Shown: positions 30,246 to 40,388, numbered from the whole stretch's first letter. The stretch: 62,657 nt of DNA, filler included, from Actinomycetota bacterium (GCA_046725875.1; 5 parts of 5 records of this genome joined end to end with filler, not necessarily neighbours in it); one strand, 5' to 3'. The notes: generated by a model not told the origin, from the sequence alone. Made by a program: numbers and translations.

Positions 30246-31130
30246 ATGGACGACGCAGAGTGGCTGGCAGAACGCTTCGAGGCGAATCGGACGCACCTGC
30301 GGGCGGTGGCCTACCGGATGCTCGGCGCGCTCAACGAGGCAGATGACGCGCTCCAGGACGCCTGGGTCCGGGTCAGCCGGGCCGACACAAGCGAGATCGA
30401 GAACCTCCAGAGCTGGTTGACGACCGTGGTCGCTCGGGTCTGCCTAAACATGCTGCAGTCGCGAAAATCGCGGCGCGAGGAGCCATTGGACGCGCATGTG
30501 CCAGAGCCGATCGTCAGCCGGGAGGACGGCAGCGATCCAGAGCACGAGGCGCTACTGGCTGACTCGGTCGGTCTCGCGCTGCTAGTGGTCCTCGAGACCC
30601 TCGCCCCCGCCGAGCGGCTCGCATTCGTGCTGCACGACATGTTCGCGGTGCCGTTCGACGAGATCGGGCCTATCGTTGGGCGTTCTCCAACGGCCGCACG
30701 GCAACTCGCTAGTCGGGCTCGTCGCCGGGTACAGGGAGCACCCACCGTCCCCGACACTGATCTCACCCGCCAGCGCGAGGTTGTCAACGCCTTCCTCGCG
30801 GCGGCCCGCGAAGGCGACTTCGACGCGCTTCTCGAAGTGCTTGACCCCGATGTTGTCGTTCGAGCGGACCGTGGCGCGCTCCGTGCAGATCGTTCGAGGG
30901 TGGTACGGGGCGCGGCGGAGGCGGCGCGGTCGGTACTCGCCTTCGCGCAGTTTGCGCGGTTCGCACAGCCGGCGGTCGTGAACGGAGCCGCAGGAGTCGT
31001 CGTAGCCCCGCGCGGACGCCCATTCGCGGTCGTTGGATTCACCGTAGCGGGGGGGAAGATCGTAGAAATCGATATCCTCGCCGACCCCGCCCGCGTCAGC
31101 CAGCTCGAGCTGGCGGCCTTCGACGACTGA
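30246..31130 (+). CDS. ECF41-type (SigJ-like) sigma-70 factor with SnoaL-like C-terminal extension
   Basis: LRAVAYRMLG..ADDALQDAW, WLTTVVARVC, LAPAERLAFVLHD, ARQLASRARRR, LDPDVVVRAD. Confidence 0.9.
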   Translation: MDDAEWLAERFEANRTHLRAVAYRMLGALNEADDALQDAWVRVSRADTSEIENLQSWLTTVVARVCLNMLQSRKSRREEPLDAHVPEPIVSREDGSDPEHEALLADSVGLALLVVLETLAPAERLAFVLHDMFAVPFDEIGPIVGRSPTAARQLASRARRRVQGAPTVPDTDLTRQREVVNAFLAAAREGDFDALLEVLDPDVVVRADRGALRADRSRVVRGAAEAARSVLAFAQFARFAQPAVVNGAAGVVVAPRGRPFAVVGFTVAGGKIVEIDILADPARVSQLELAAFDD

Positions 31131-31259
31131 CACGTCGCCCTGTCGCCCGAATGCGGACCTCTGTGTCGGCGTCGTAATGACCGGCCTGGCCGGGAGCGTC
31201 GGTCGACGCTATGGCCGATGTTGTGCGTCGCGCTACAGCCTCTCCGTGACCCGCGACGC

Positions 31260-31742
31260 TCAACCTGCGCTGAGGGCGGAACGCACCTGTTCCAGCATGT
31301 CCCTCTCGCCCTGGCTGACCTGCTTCGCACCGAAGCCCATGAAACCGCCGTCCTTCGCGGCATCGGCGGCCGCCTGCGCGGTGGCGACCAGCCACTGGCT
31401 GAACGCATCGGCCTCCTCGGGTGTTGCCTTCGACACCACGATTCCGTGGACCGCTCGTAGCTCGTCGAGGACCTGTTGCCCGGGCTTCGTGTCCTTGCTC
31501 AGCATGTAATCGCGGAGCGGGTTCTGCTTCTGCTGTGTCATGGCCTGGATGTCCAACGCGATCTCCGCGACCAACTGGTCGCGGCTGGGTGGGTTCGTCG
31601 CGGACTTGATCGTCGCCACCGACTCCTTCGCCATCTCGATTGGACCCCCGGGGTCGGCCAGGGAGATCGCCATCCCGGCGACGAAGGGCGCCCTGCGCAC
31701 CCGTACCCATTCTTCGTCTGTGAAGTCGCTCTTGGTTGTCAT
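31260..31742 (-). CDS. Conserved hypothetical protein
   Basis: MTTKSDFTDEEW..AADAAKDGGFMGFGAKQVSQGE; GC3-rich codons. Confidence 0.75.
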   Translation of the reverse strand: MTTKSDFTDEEWVRVRRAPFVAGMAISLADPGGPIEMAKESVATIKSATNPPSRDQLVAEIALDIQAMTQQKQNPLRDYMLSKDTKPGQQVLDELRAVHGIVVSKATPEEADAFSQWLVATAQAAADAAKDGGFMGFGAKQVSQGERDMLEQVRSALSAG

Positions 31743-31962
31743 GACGCCCGCCCTTCCTCACCCGATCGACGCCACCACCGTATCCGCGTGCCTTCGGGAT
31801 CGACGTGTTTGCTGCCTTTAACGCTGCCAGATCGGTGCAGATCAAGTCTTCCATCAGCGCCCGGCCCATCGGGCCGTGAGCCGCGAGATGGCCGCGCCGA
31901 CATCGGTGTTCTCCTATGATCAAGTTCGGCCGACTCTCGGAGCGCTGGGACCAACCGGTGGA

Positions 31963-33408
31963 CTATGCCGCCCCGAGAGCCTCGGGCGGGCTCTGCTGCT
32001 GCAAACGCGGGGCTTCAGTCGGAGCGCCGGAGCGGGGCGCAACTGCGGCCGCCACAAGTCCTACGACACCGAACGCAGCCAGAACGACCATCGCGAGCCC
32101 GTACGACCGCTCCGGCGTGGACGTGATTCCGGCGACGAGGACGGTGCCGGCAACGGCCGCGCCGAGGCAAGAGCCGAGGTTGGACACACTCCGAGACAAG
32201 CCCGAGATCTCGCCCTGGAGGTCCTCGGCGACGCTCGACTGAACGACGTTGACGGAGGGGGTGAGCATCATGCCGAGCCCCAGCCCGATGAGGAGGAGGC
32301 CCGGCGCGAAGGCCCAGGCACTCGGGGTGCCGATCACCATGGCGAGCAGGACGCCAATGCCGGCGAGCGTGACGATGAAGCCCCCCATGATGAGGGTCCG
32401 CTGTGCGCGCCGCATCGCGAAGCGCTCAGCGGCGAGCGACGAAACGAGGAGGCCGGCCGTGGTCGCCGTGAAGATAACGCCCGTCTGGATCGCGTCGTAG
32501 CCACGCACAACCTGCAGGTAGGCCGAGACGACGAACGACACACCCGTGAGTAGCAGCCATTGGGCATTCTGCGTGACGAGGCCAAGGTTGGTGATGCGGT
32601 TGCGGAAGAGACTTGTCGGCAGCAGCGGCTCCTTGCCGGCACGCTCCTCGGCCCGCATCGATCGGAAGAACAACGCCAGGACCAGCGCACCGGCAAGGAT
32701 CAAGCCGATTGCCAGCCAGCCATTGTTATCCGTGGCCAGGATGCCCATGACGAGCAGTACAAGGCCGACGGCTGAGAGGACCGCTCCGCCCGTGTCGAAG
32801 GGACGGTCCGGATCCGGCGCCAGCGGATCATGGATCCGGCGGCTCAGCCAAACGATTAGCGCGACGATCAGGACCTGGAAGACAAAGGCCGCCCGCCAGC
32901 TGATCGCCGTGGTGATGAGACCGCCGATCAACGGCCCCGCTGCGGCGCCGATGCCGCCCAGCGCACTGATCGCACCGAATGCGCGGGCACGGGAGCTGAC
33001 CTCGGTGAACAGCAGGGTCGTGAGGATGTAGACGGGCGGGATCAGCAGCGCCGTGCCCACACCCTCGAGGATCGAGTTGCCGATGATAAGGACACCCAGA
33101 CTGGGAGAGATCGCGCTCAGCCCGGCCCCAACGCCGTACACGGCGAGGCCGACCGTGAAGCATCGCTTCCGCCCGTAACGGTCGGCCAGCTTGCCGCCGG
33201 GGATCATCAGGGCCGCCATGACCAGCAGAAAAATTGTGATCGCGACTTGCACGCCCTGCACGGTGGTGTCGAGGTCCTTGCTGATGTCGTTGATCATCAC
33301 GTTCATGTTGGAGCCGGCGAAGCTGCAGATGAACTGGGCGAGGGCCAACGGAACGAGCACTCGTCGCAGAGCGTTCGGCGGTCGTCCCGCGGCTCGACTC
33401 TCAGCCAT
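31963..33408 (-). CDS. MFS transporter (DHA2-like)
   Basis: GGKLADRYGRKR motif A, GPLIGGLI, SWRAAF, about 14 hydrophobic segments; ATG 33408 after GGAGG. Confidence 0.9.
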   Translation of the reverse strand: MAESRAAGRPPNALRRVLVPLALAQFICSFAGSNMNVMINDISKDLDTTVQGVQVAITIFLLVMAALMIPGGKLADRYGRKRCFTVGLAVYGVGAGLSAISPSLGVLIIGNSILEGVGTALLIPPVYILTTLLFTEVSSRARAFGAISALGGIGAAAGPLIGGLITTAISWRAAFVFQVLIVALIVWLSRRIHDPLAPDPDRPFDTGGAVLSAVGLVLLVMGILATDNNGWLAIGLILAGALVLALFFRSMRAEERAGKEPLLPTSLFRNRITNLGLVTQNAQWLLLTGVSFVVSAYLQVVRGYDAIQTGVIFTATTAGLLVSSLAAERFAMRRAQRTLIMGGFIVTLAGIGVLLAMVIGTPSAWAFAPGLLLIGLGLGMMLTPSVNVVQSSVAEDLQGEISGLSRSVSNLGSCLGAAVAGTVLVAGITSTPERSYGLAMVVLAAFGVVGLVAAAVAPRSGAPTEAPRLQQQSPPEALGAA

Positions 33409-33574
33409 GTTGCACCTGCGTCCCCTCCAAGACGTGACGGCACCTCTCGCCTCACTAGCGACAGGATCGAATGACCCGCGCCGGACATGAAGCGGCGTGT
33501 GCAATCATGCTGCATCATCCCGCTTCCTGCCAGCCACAAGATCAGCACGTGCCCAGTGGCTGACGGGGAACGCG

Positions 33575-33643
33575 ACGCTGACCGAGTTGACCGCCGCCGG
33601 CGAGGCAAGGATCGGTGCGCTCGTGAAGAAAGCGGTGGGCTGA
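33575..33643 (+). pseudogene. C-terminal fragment of a DUF1801-like protein
   Basis: TLTELTAAGEARIGALVKKAVG* resembles the typical tail of actinobacterial DUF1801 proteins; no upstream body. Confidence 0.45.
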
Positions 33644-33891
33644 GGACCGAGCAAGCCACCGCTCCTTGCCCTAGGACCTATGTGGTAGAGCTGCCCCAGG
33701 GTGCGACTGTTGCCTTAGTGGTACCACGGCGATACGGGTCTCGGTCATCCGCGGTCGCGAGCATTCGGGCCGAAGGAGACGGTGATGGCGACTCACGTCC
33801 GCTCGGGAGCGCGGTGAGCCCACGCTTAGGCTGGTTGGGTGAGATGGTTGGCCTGTCCGATCGGGCGTCGGCGGGCGGCGGGCTACCCCTG

Positions 33892-34005
33892 ATGGGCGGC
33901 TCACCTTCCGACCTGGGCAAGCGGATACGCGATGCGCTGGTGTGGGACGGCGACCTGCCGGATCTCTCGGCCTGCTGGCGTGATCCCCAGCTAGCGCCGC
34001 GGTGA
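33892..34005 (+). pseudogene. Possible N-terminal fragment of a phosphoribosyltransferase-like protein
   Basis: DLGKRIRDALVWDGDLPDLSACWRDPQL ends at the recQ GTGA overlap. Confidence 0.3.
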
Positions 34006-35630
34006 CCGGCGCGACGGCTGCGCGCGCGGCGGCTGAACCGATTCGCGCCTTGGCACGTGAGCGCCTGGGGTTTTCGCGGCTGCGCCCCGGGCAGCTTGAG
34101 GCGATCACGGCCGCGGCCGCTGGGCGCGACGTGTTGGCGGTGCTCCCGACCGGCGGCGGAAAGTCCGCGATCTACGAGGTCGCCGGGCTGCTGAGGTCGG
34201 GTCTGACCGTGATCGTCTCTCCGCTGATCGCCTTGCAGGACGATCAGCTGGCGCATCTTCATGCTGGGGGCTTGTCGGCCATCGTCCTCAACTCGAAGCA
34301 GTCCAGCAGCGCGCGGGTGGAGGCGCTGGCGGCACTTGGCGGGCCGGACGAATTCGTGTTCCTGTCGCCAGAGCAGCTCACGAATCCTGCGACGAGGGAG
34401 GCGTTGCGCCGTGCCCAGCCGGGCTTGTTTGTGGTCGATGAGGCCCACCTAATTAGCCAATGGGGTCAGGACTTTCGCCCCGACTACCTGCGGCTGGGCG
34501 CCCAGGCCGACGCGCTCGGAGCTGATGTCCGAGTCGCCTTGACTGCGACAGCAGCGCCGCCCGTGCGCGGTGAGATCGTGCGGCGCCTGCGGCTTCGTGA
34601 TCCGGAAGTGGTGATCGGCGACTTCGACAGACCGGAGATCGATCTGTCGGCCCACCACGTCGGATCCGTCAAGGAAAAGCAGCGGGAGATCGAACGTGCG
34701 GCCTCCGAACTAGAGGGATCGGGGCTCGTGTATGCCGCGACGCACGCTGGCGCCGAGGCCGTAAAGGATGCGCTCGAGACGGCCGGACACGAGGTGACCC
34801 TCTACCATGCCGGACTTCCGACGGCTGCCAGACGCGAGGCGATGGAGGCGTTCCTGGATGGGTCGGCGCGGATAGTGGCCGCAACGGTGGCGTTCGGGAT
34901 GGGGATCGACAAAGCCGACGTCCGGTGGGTGTTGCACGCCGACCCGCCTGGCTCGCTCGACGCCTACTACCAGGAGATCGGACGCGCCGGCCGCGACGGC
35001 GACCCTGCCCAGGCCCGACTGGTGTACCGCCAGGCCGACCTTGCCACGGCGCGATACCTGGCAGCCCGAGGTGTGTCGGCCGCGACGGTGGCCACGATCG
35101 CTTCCAGACTCACCGACACGACCGCTGCGACTGGCATCGACGAGCTCGCGGACGCCGTCGGGCTTGGCCATCGATCGGTAACGCTCGCACTCGCGCGCCT
35201 CGTCGACGTGGGCGCAGCCAACTGGACCGCCGACGGAGGCGTCCGCTGGAGCGAGGCGATGAGCGTCGCGGACGCACTCGACGCATCCGTGGACGAGACA
35301 GCTCGCGAGCACGAGATCCAGAACACCAGGCTCGAAATGATGCGCCGCTACGCCGAGCACACTGGATGCCGGCGCTCGTTCCTGCTCACCTACTTCGGCC
35401 AGGACTACCCGGGTCCCTGCGGAGCCTGTGACAACGACCGTCAGCGCCCCGCGCCCGTACGGGGCGAGCATCCGTTTCCGATCGGCTCACGGGTGGCGAG
35501 CCAGCACTTCGGCGAGGGCACCGTCCAACGCTACGACGGAAACCAGGTCACCGTCCTGTTCGATGACCACGGCTATCGCGATCTCTTCCTGCCGACCGTG
35601 CTCGAAAGGCACCTGCTGCGCGCGCTGTAG
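34002..35630 (+). CDS. recQ: RecQ-family ATP-dependent DNA helicase with Tudor-like tail
   Basis: LPTGGGKS, VDEAHLISQWGQDFRPDY, LTATA, FGMGIDK, QEIGRAGRDG, Zn module CRR..CGACDND; no HRDC evident. Confidence 0.92.
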   Translation: MTGATAARAAAEPIRALARERLGFSRLRPGQLEAITAAAAGRDVLAVLPTGGGKSAIYEVAGLLRSGLTVIVSPLIALQDDQLAHLHAGGLSAIVLNSKQSSSARVEALAALGGPDEFVFLSPEQLTNPATREALRRAQPGLFVVDEAHLISQWGQDFRPDYLRLGAQADALGADVRVALTATAAPPVRGEIVRRLRLRDPEVVIGDFDRPEIDLSAHHVGSVKEKQREIERAASELEGSGLVYAATHAGAEAVKDALETAGHEVTLYHAGLPTAARREAMEAFLDGSARIVAATVAFGMGIDKADVRWVLHADPPGSLDAYYQEIGRAGRDGDPAQARLVYRQADLATARYLAARGVSAATVATIASRLTDTTAATGIDELADAVGLGHRSVTLALARLVDVGAANWTADGGVRWSEAMSVADALDASVDETAREHEIQNTRLEMMRRYAEHTGCRRSFLLTYFGQDYPGPCGACDNDRQRPAPVRGEHPFPIGSRVASQHFGEGTVQRYDGNQVTVLFDDHGYRDLFLPTVLERHLLRAL

Positions 35631-35735
35631 GCGGCCGACCCATTAAAACCTGTCAGTAAGCAGCTTCAAACCCGGAGCCATTGTTCACATCTGACCTGGT
35701 TGTCGGGGTTCTCAGGTTTCGGAGAGTGGGCGGCT

Positions 35736-35763
35736 GGTTTTGGCTTCGCGGAGGACGGGGTAC
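35736..35763 (+). promoter_or_regulatory. Putative SigF/SigB-type stress promoter
   Basis: GGTTT-N17-GGGTAC about 150 bp upstream of ORF 35915. Confidence 0.4.
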
Positions 35764-35914
35764 CCGCCAACATTGGGGTCAACGGATCCAGCTCGCCCGT
35801 CCGATGCTTAGAATCTCAATCGGGATTGCGTGGGCGCTACAACGCTGCCCACACCAAATTGGGCCCGCCGCTGGCCCCTTGTCCACGCCATGAATCCTGG
35901 GTAGGAGGCAGAGC

Positions 35915-36295
35915 ATGGCCGAGCATGATCTGCACCGCCACATCGAGATCAACGACGGTGAGCGCACAGTCGCCGCGGCCGATGTGACCACCTCACCCGG
36001 ATTTGACCGCACCGCCCGGGCGTCGCTGCGCGCCGCGTCCGGGCACATTCCGCCGGGCAGCCGCGCGAGCCTTGTCGATGCCGTTCTGGACCTGCCCGAG
36101 GTGCAGGAAAGTGCACGCCTGGAGGCTGCCTTTCCAGTCGGCGATACCGAGTCATTGCACCGGCTGCAGCAGCGGTGTGAGGACGTCCGGACCCACCCAG
36201 CCGGGGTCAGTGTGCTGTTGGACGCGACCATCCCAGCCGGCGGGGACCAACGGCACCGCGCGGGATCGGCCCGCGCCGCACCTTCCCGGCAATGA
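35915..36295 (+). CDS. Hypothetical protein
   Basis: AGGAGG RBS; ASLRAASGHIPPGSRASLVDAVLDLPEV..GDTESL. Confidence 0.65.
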   Translation: MAEHDLHRHIEINDGERTVAAADVTTSPGFDRTARASLRAASGHIPPGSRASLVDAVLDLPEVQESARLEAAFPVGDTESLHRLQQRCEDVRTHPAGVSVLLDATIPAGGDQRHRAGSARAAPSRQ

Positions 36296-36535
36296 TCTCT
36301 GCAGTAGGGGAGAACGGCCACCCCATCAAGGGTGGCCGGCTCGGGAACTCTGGCTAGCGCCTACGGCTCAAGTCGCAAGCGCGGCTCGCCGGCCGAACGA
36401 TGGCGTTCGGGCATTTGAGCTCTCCAGGCAGGCAGGCCGCCGTGTTCGCCGTGGCATCGCTAGGCGTCCCAGCCGCCGAAGATCTCGGCTTATGCTGCCG
36501 CGCCGCTGGATATTCGATGGCGCCCCGAGGTCGTA

Positions 36536-37159
36536 TTGGCCGACGATGCCGGGATGACGAACTCGGATGCGGGTGGACCCGTCGCGACCCGGTGGACGAA
36601 GTCGACCGTGTACGGCGACATGTGGGTCGACCCGGGCGACGACCCGCGCGAAACCGATGTCGACACCGTCGACGAACGCAGCACGCTGCTCGGCTATCTG
36701 CGCTACTACCGCCTCACCATGGAAATGAAATGCGCGGACCTGGATGCCGCGGAGCTCGCCCGGCGATCCGTACCGCCGTCGATGATGTCCCTGCTGGGGC
36801 TGGTGCGGCACCTGGCCGAGGGGGAGCGACACTTCCGCCGGGTGATGGCGGGCGAGGACGCGCCGAAGCTGTACTGCACCGACGAGGACCGTGACGGCGA
36901 CTGGAACGGCGCGATCGCCGACCCGGCCGTCGTCGAGGACGCCTGGCGGCAGTGGCGGGCCGAGGTGGAGCTCACCGACCAGCTCGTGGCCGGCGTCGCC
37001 GACCTCGGCACCCGGAACGCCGGCGTCTCCGACCTCGGCCCCGACGGCGCGGACGTGCAGCTTCGTGATCTCCTGATTGCGCAGATCGCGGAGTACGCGC
37101 GGCACTGTGGGCACGCCGATCTTCTGCGCGAGCGCATCGACGGCCGCGTCGGCCAGTAA
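36536..37159 (+). CDS. DinB/DUF664 family protein (mycothiol S-transferase-like)
   Basis: DERSTLLGYL, SVPPSMMSLLGLVRHLAEGE, EYARHCGHADLLRERIDG; start may be ATG 36554. Confidence 0.9.
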   Translation: MADDAGMTNSDAGGPVATRWTKSTVYGDMWVDPGDDPRETDVDTVDERSTLLGYLRYYRLTMEMKCADLDAAELARRSVPPSMMSLLGLVRHLAEGERHFRRVMAGEDAPKLYCTDEDRDGDWNGAIADPAVVEDAWRQWRAEVELTDQLVAGVADLGTRNAGVSDLGPDGADVQLRDLLIAQIAEYARHCGHADLLRERIDGRVGQ

Positions 37160-37321
37160 GCGGACGGCGGCGCCGGCTGGGCCAGTGCCCGGGCCTGGAT
37201 CGGGACTCCGACCAGATCTTGGACGCCCGACGGCCTGAATCAAATGCAGGGAATGTAATGCAGAGGATGTAGAGGAGCTAACGAACGAGACACCAGCCCA
37301 TCGGGGGACGCCATACCCATC

Positions 37322-37386
37322 ACGGCGTCGATGATGCTCAATCGTCGGGCACTGCCGAGCAGGGATCGGGCACGCAGCGGGCACAA
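37322..37386 (+). repeat. Copy 1 of a ~65-bp imperfect direct repeat (putative integrase 3' end/arm-site relic)
   Basis: ACGGCGTCGATGATGCTCAATCGTCGGGCACTGCCGAGCAGGGATCGGGCACGCAGCGGGCACAA aligns without gaps to 40044-40108. Confidence 0.8.
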
Positions 37387-37444
37387 GTCCGTACAAACGA
37401 AGATGCGGACGCCGCGAGTCGTAGTGCCCTCGTCTTGCGGGCCT

Positions 37445-37825
37445 CTATTCGTTGGGGCCTTCGAGTGCTAGCCGGTAACCGCTCGGGGTGCGGATGATCA
37501 GGCGCCGGTAAGCCCAGCCGGGAGCGGGGTTGTTCTGTTCGAGTTCGAAGTTGATGCCCGCTGAGCGGCACCGCTCCACGGCAGTATCGATGTCGGTGAC
37601 GCCGATTTGCCAGGTCAGCACGCTCGGCGGGTCGTTGGAGGTATCCGCTGCCTGGATGCCGAAATGCAGCGTCTCGGTCCCAAAGCCAATGAAGTCTGGA
37701 TACTCCGGACCTTCGTAGATGACCGGCAAGCCGAGCTTCTCGTAGAAGGCGCGCTCGGCGGCCAGGTCGCTCACGTTCAACACCGGTGCGAGCCCGGTGA
37801 ACAGGCTCGATGCCTCCTGGTTCAC
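37445..37825 (-). CDS. VOC/glyoxalase family protein
   Basis: PVLNVSDLAAERAFYEKLG, WQIGVTDID, IRTPSGYRLAL. Confidence 0.8.
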   Translation of the reverse strand: MNQEASSLFTGLAPVLNVSDLAAERAFYEKLGLPVIYEGPEYPDFIGFGTETLHFGIQAADTSNDPPSVLTWQIGVTDIDTAVERCRSAGINFELEQNNPAPGWAYRRLIIRTPSGYRLALEGPNE

Positions 37826-38151
37826 AAGTGAATGCTAGGCAATGCGGGCTCTTGGCTGCGCCCGGCTCACGTTAGCGAGGCGGGTTGAGGAGGTGCGCCC
37901 TGGGCTGGCGTGAACGCCGAAACCGATCTCATTTAGCAGCCGCCTGTATGGCGCCCCGTGCAGCCGCACCGCCCGGCAGCTGGGCATGCAGAGGCGTCCG
38001 AGTGCGGAGGTGTGATGTGGATCAGCTCGGGAACGGGCGCCGCCGGCGCTATCGCGTTACAGCTTGTCCGCAGGGGGTAACGCTGTTGCCCTAGGCGCCG
38101 CACTGCGAATCGGTCGGACTCGAGCGAGTTCGACCTGGAGGGGGGACGGAC

Positions 38152-39702
38152 ATGCGCTGTGTGGTGTTCGGCGCGACCGGATATGTCGGTGGCCGGCTGG
38201 TTCCTGAGCTGGTGCGGACGGGTCACGTGGTACGGGCGGCGGCGCGGGACGTCGGCAAGCTGGCCGACGTGCCGTGGCGGGACAGCGTCGAGCTCGTGTC
38301 GGCGGATGTCACCGACGCGGCCAGCGTCGCGGCTGCCGTCGCAGGCCAAGAGGTTGTCTACTACCTGGTCCACTCGCTGCACCGGCGTGACTTCGTCGAG
38401 TCGGACCGGACGGCTGCGCAGATTGTGGCGAGGGCGGCGCGCACCTGCGGGGTGGGTCGGATCGTGTACCTCGGCGGGATTACTCCAGCGGAGGGACCGC
38501 TGTCCGACCACCTGGCCTCTCGTGACGAGGTGGCCCGGATTCTGCTGGATTCCGGCGTTCCCACAGTGGTGCTGAGGGCGGCGATCATCCTCGGATCCGG
38601 ATCAGCCAGCTTCGAGATGCTCCGTTACCTGACCGAGCGGCTGCCGGTGATGGTCACCCCGCGTTGGGTGCACAACCGTATCCAGCCCATTGCCGTTCGT
38701 GACGTGCTGCACTACCTCACCCACGCCGCCACGCTGCCCAGCGAGCTCAACCGAGGCTTCGACATAGGCGGCCCCGACGTGCTCACGTATCTGGACATGA
38801 TGCGCCGCTATGCGGTTGTGGCCGGCCTGCCGCGGCGGCTGGTGGTCCCGGTGCCGGTCCTCACCCCGTGGCTGTCCGCCCAATGGGTCAACCTGGTCAC
38901 CCCAGTGCCCCGCAGCATCGCCGTTCCGCTCATCGAGTCGCTCGTACACGAGATCATCTGTCACGACCACGACGTGACCGACCACATCCCTGACCCCGAA
39001 GGTGGGCTGACCCACTACGAGAGGGCCATCGAGCTGGCGCTGACCCGCGTCCGCAACGCGGACGTGCCGACCCGGTGGTCGGATGCGAGTATCCTCAGCG
39101 CGCCCTCCGACCCACTACCCACCGACCCAGAGTGGTCGGGCGGCACGGTATACGAGGATGTCCGGGAACACCGCACCCCAGCCGACGCGCAGACCCTGTG
39201 GCAGGTTATCGAGTCAATCGGCGGCGAGCACGGCTGGTACGCACTCCCCCTGGCGTGGTCGGTGCGAGGCTGGATCGATCGCCTCGCCGGCGGCGCCGGG
39301 TTGTCCCGCGGCCGCCGCGACCCACGCCGCCTGCACACCGGCGAAGCACTCGACTGGTGGCGCGTGGAGCAGCTCGATCGACCGCATCTGCTGCGGCTGC
39401 GCGCCGAGCTGCGCCTCCCAGGCCGCGCCTGGCTCGAACTGGCCGCCGTCCCCGATCCCCCGGGCGCGCGTTACCGGCAGCGGGCAATCTTCGAACCCCA
39501 CGGCCTCGCCGGCCATCTCTACTGGAAATCCATCACACCGTTCCACCACCTCATCTTCGGTGGCATGGCGCACAACATCACTAGTGCCGCCGAACACCAG
39601 AACACCCCGAGCCCAGTCCCTGCCGCTGCACCACCATTAACAGCAGGTCAATCCGGCCGCGACCATGTCACCAACGGCTCGTCTGCTTCTGACAACGGCT
39701 GA
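38152..39702 (+). CDS. YbjT-like SDR oxidoreductase with DUF2867 domain
   Basis: GATGYVGGRL, YYLVHS, LRAAIILGSGSASFE, IQPIAVRDV, IGGEHGWY, RLRAELRLPGRAWL. Confidence 0.9.
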   Translation: MRCVVFGATGYVGGRLVPELVRTGHVVRAAARDVGKLADVPWRDSVELVSADVTDAASVAAAVAGQEVVYYLVHSLHRRDFVESDRTAAQIVARAARTCGVGRIVYLGGITPAEGPLSDHLASRDEVARILLDSGVPTVVLRAAIILGSGSASFEMLRYLTERLPVMVTPRWVHNRIQPIAVRDVLHYLTHAATLPSELNRGFDIGGPDVLTYLDMMRRYAVVAGLPRRLVVPVPVLTPWLSAQWVNLVTPVPRSIAVPLIESLVHEIICHDHDVTDHIPDPEGGLTHYERAIELALTRVRNADVPTRWSDASILSAPSDPLPTDPEWSGGTVYEDVREHRTPADAQTLWQVIESIGGEHGWYALPLAWSVRGWIDRLAGGAGLSRGRRDPRRLHTGEALDWWRVEQLDRPHLLRLRAELRLPGRAWLELAAVPDPPGARYRQRAIFEPHGLAGHLYWKSITPFHHLIFGGMAHNITSAAEHQNTPSPVPAAAPPLTAGQSGRDHVTNGSSASDNG

Positions 39703-39720
39703 ACTGCTGCACTTCCAGCG

Positions 39721-40020
39721 GTGCACCGTGACGTGATCGACCGCGATGCCCGCTCGGCCAAGGTTCCTCCACGTCCCGGTAGCACAGCCCGAAGCGCAGA
39801 TGCCAGCGCACGGCTCGGGCGCAACGACTTCGGTGACATCGGCTGGGACGGTCTGCAGCCACCGCCGGGCGACCTGCAGCACCGCCACTTTTTCCGCCTC
39901 CACGTCCTGGGCGGGCAGAGTGGCCTAACCACCTGCCTCTCGCCCGGTGAGCACCCAGGCGTGCCGGTGCGGCGCCTCCTCGGCCGGGTGTTGGGACTTG
40001 CACACCTGCCGGGCCACCCA
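39721..40020 (+). pseudogene. YbhB/YbcL (PEBP, Raf-kinase-inhibitor-like) remnant
   Basis: IDRDA..FLH (frameshifted) then GRNDFGDIGWDGLQPPPGDLQHRHFFRLHVL, similar to the GxNDFGxxGYxGPxPPxGxxxHRYxF motif. Confidence 0.6.
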
Positions 40021-40043
40021 GTCACCAGTGGGCGACTCCTGAC

Positions 40044-40108
40044 GACGGCGAAGACGATGCTCAATCGACGGGCACTACCGAGTCGGGATCGGGCACGTGG
40101 CGGGCACG
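40044..40108 (+). repeat. Copy 2 of the ~65-bp repeat, about 70 bp from the tRNA-Gly 3' end
   Basis: ACGGCGAAGACGATGCTCAATCGACGGGCACTACCGAGTCGGGATCGGGCACGTGGCGGGCACGA. Confidence 0.8.
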
Positions 40109-40179
40109 AAACCGAAAATTCGTAGCGATGATCGAATCGCGCAAATCGAGACTCATATCGCTGAGCTGCGGCTTTGTAG

Positions 40180-40253
<74 letters not shown>

Positions 40254-40388
40254 ATGATCATCAATGCGGCGGATCGTGATCGATCACCATGCTACCGGGG
40301 TCCGCTGCGCTTGACTGACGGCTAAGGCAACTTAAATGAAGCTCGGGCGGGGCTGACCTCGCACGGTATCCTTGCCGGCGAGATCCCT

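Noticed and set aside
37840..37885. GTTAG/CTAAC motif near the VOC gene as an integron attC site
   Set aside because: No matching complementary box or attC-like hairpin, and no IntI
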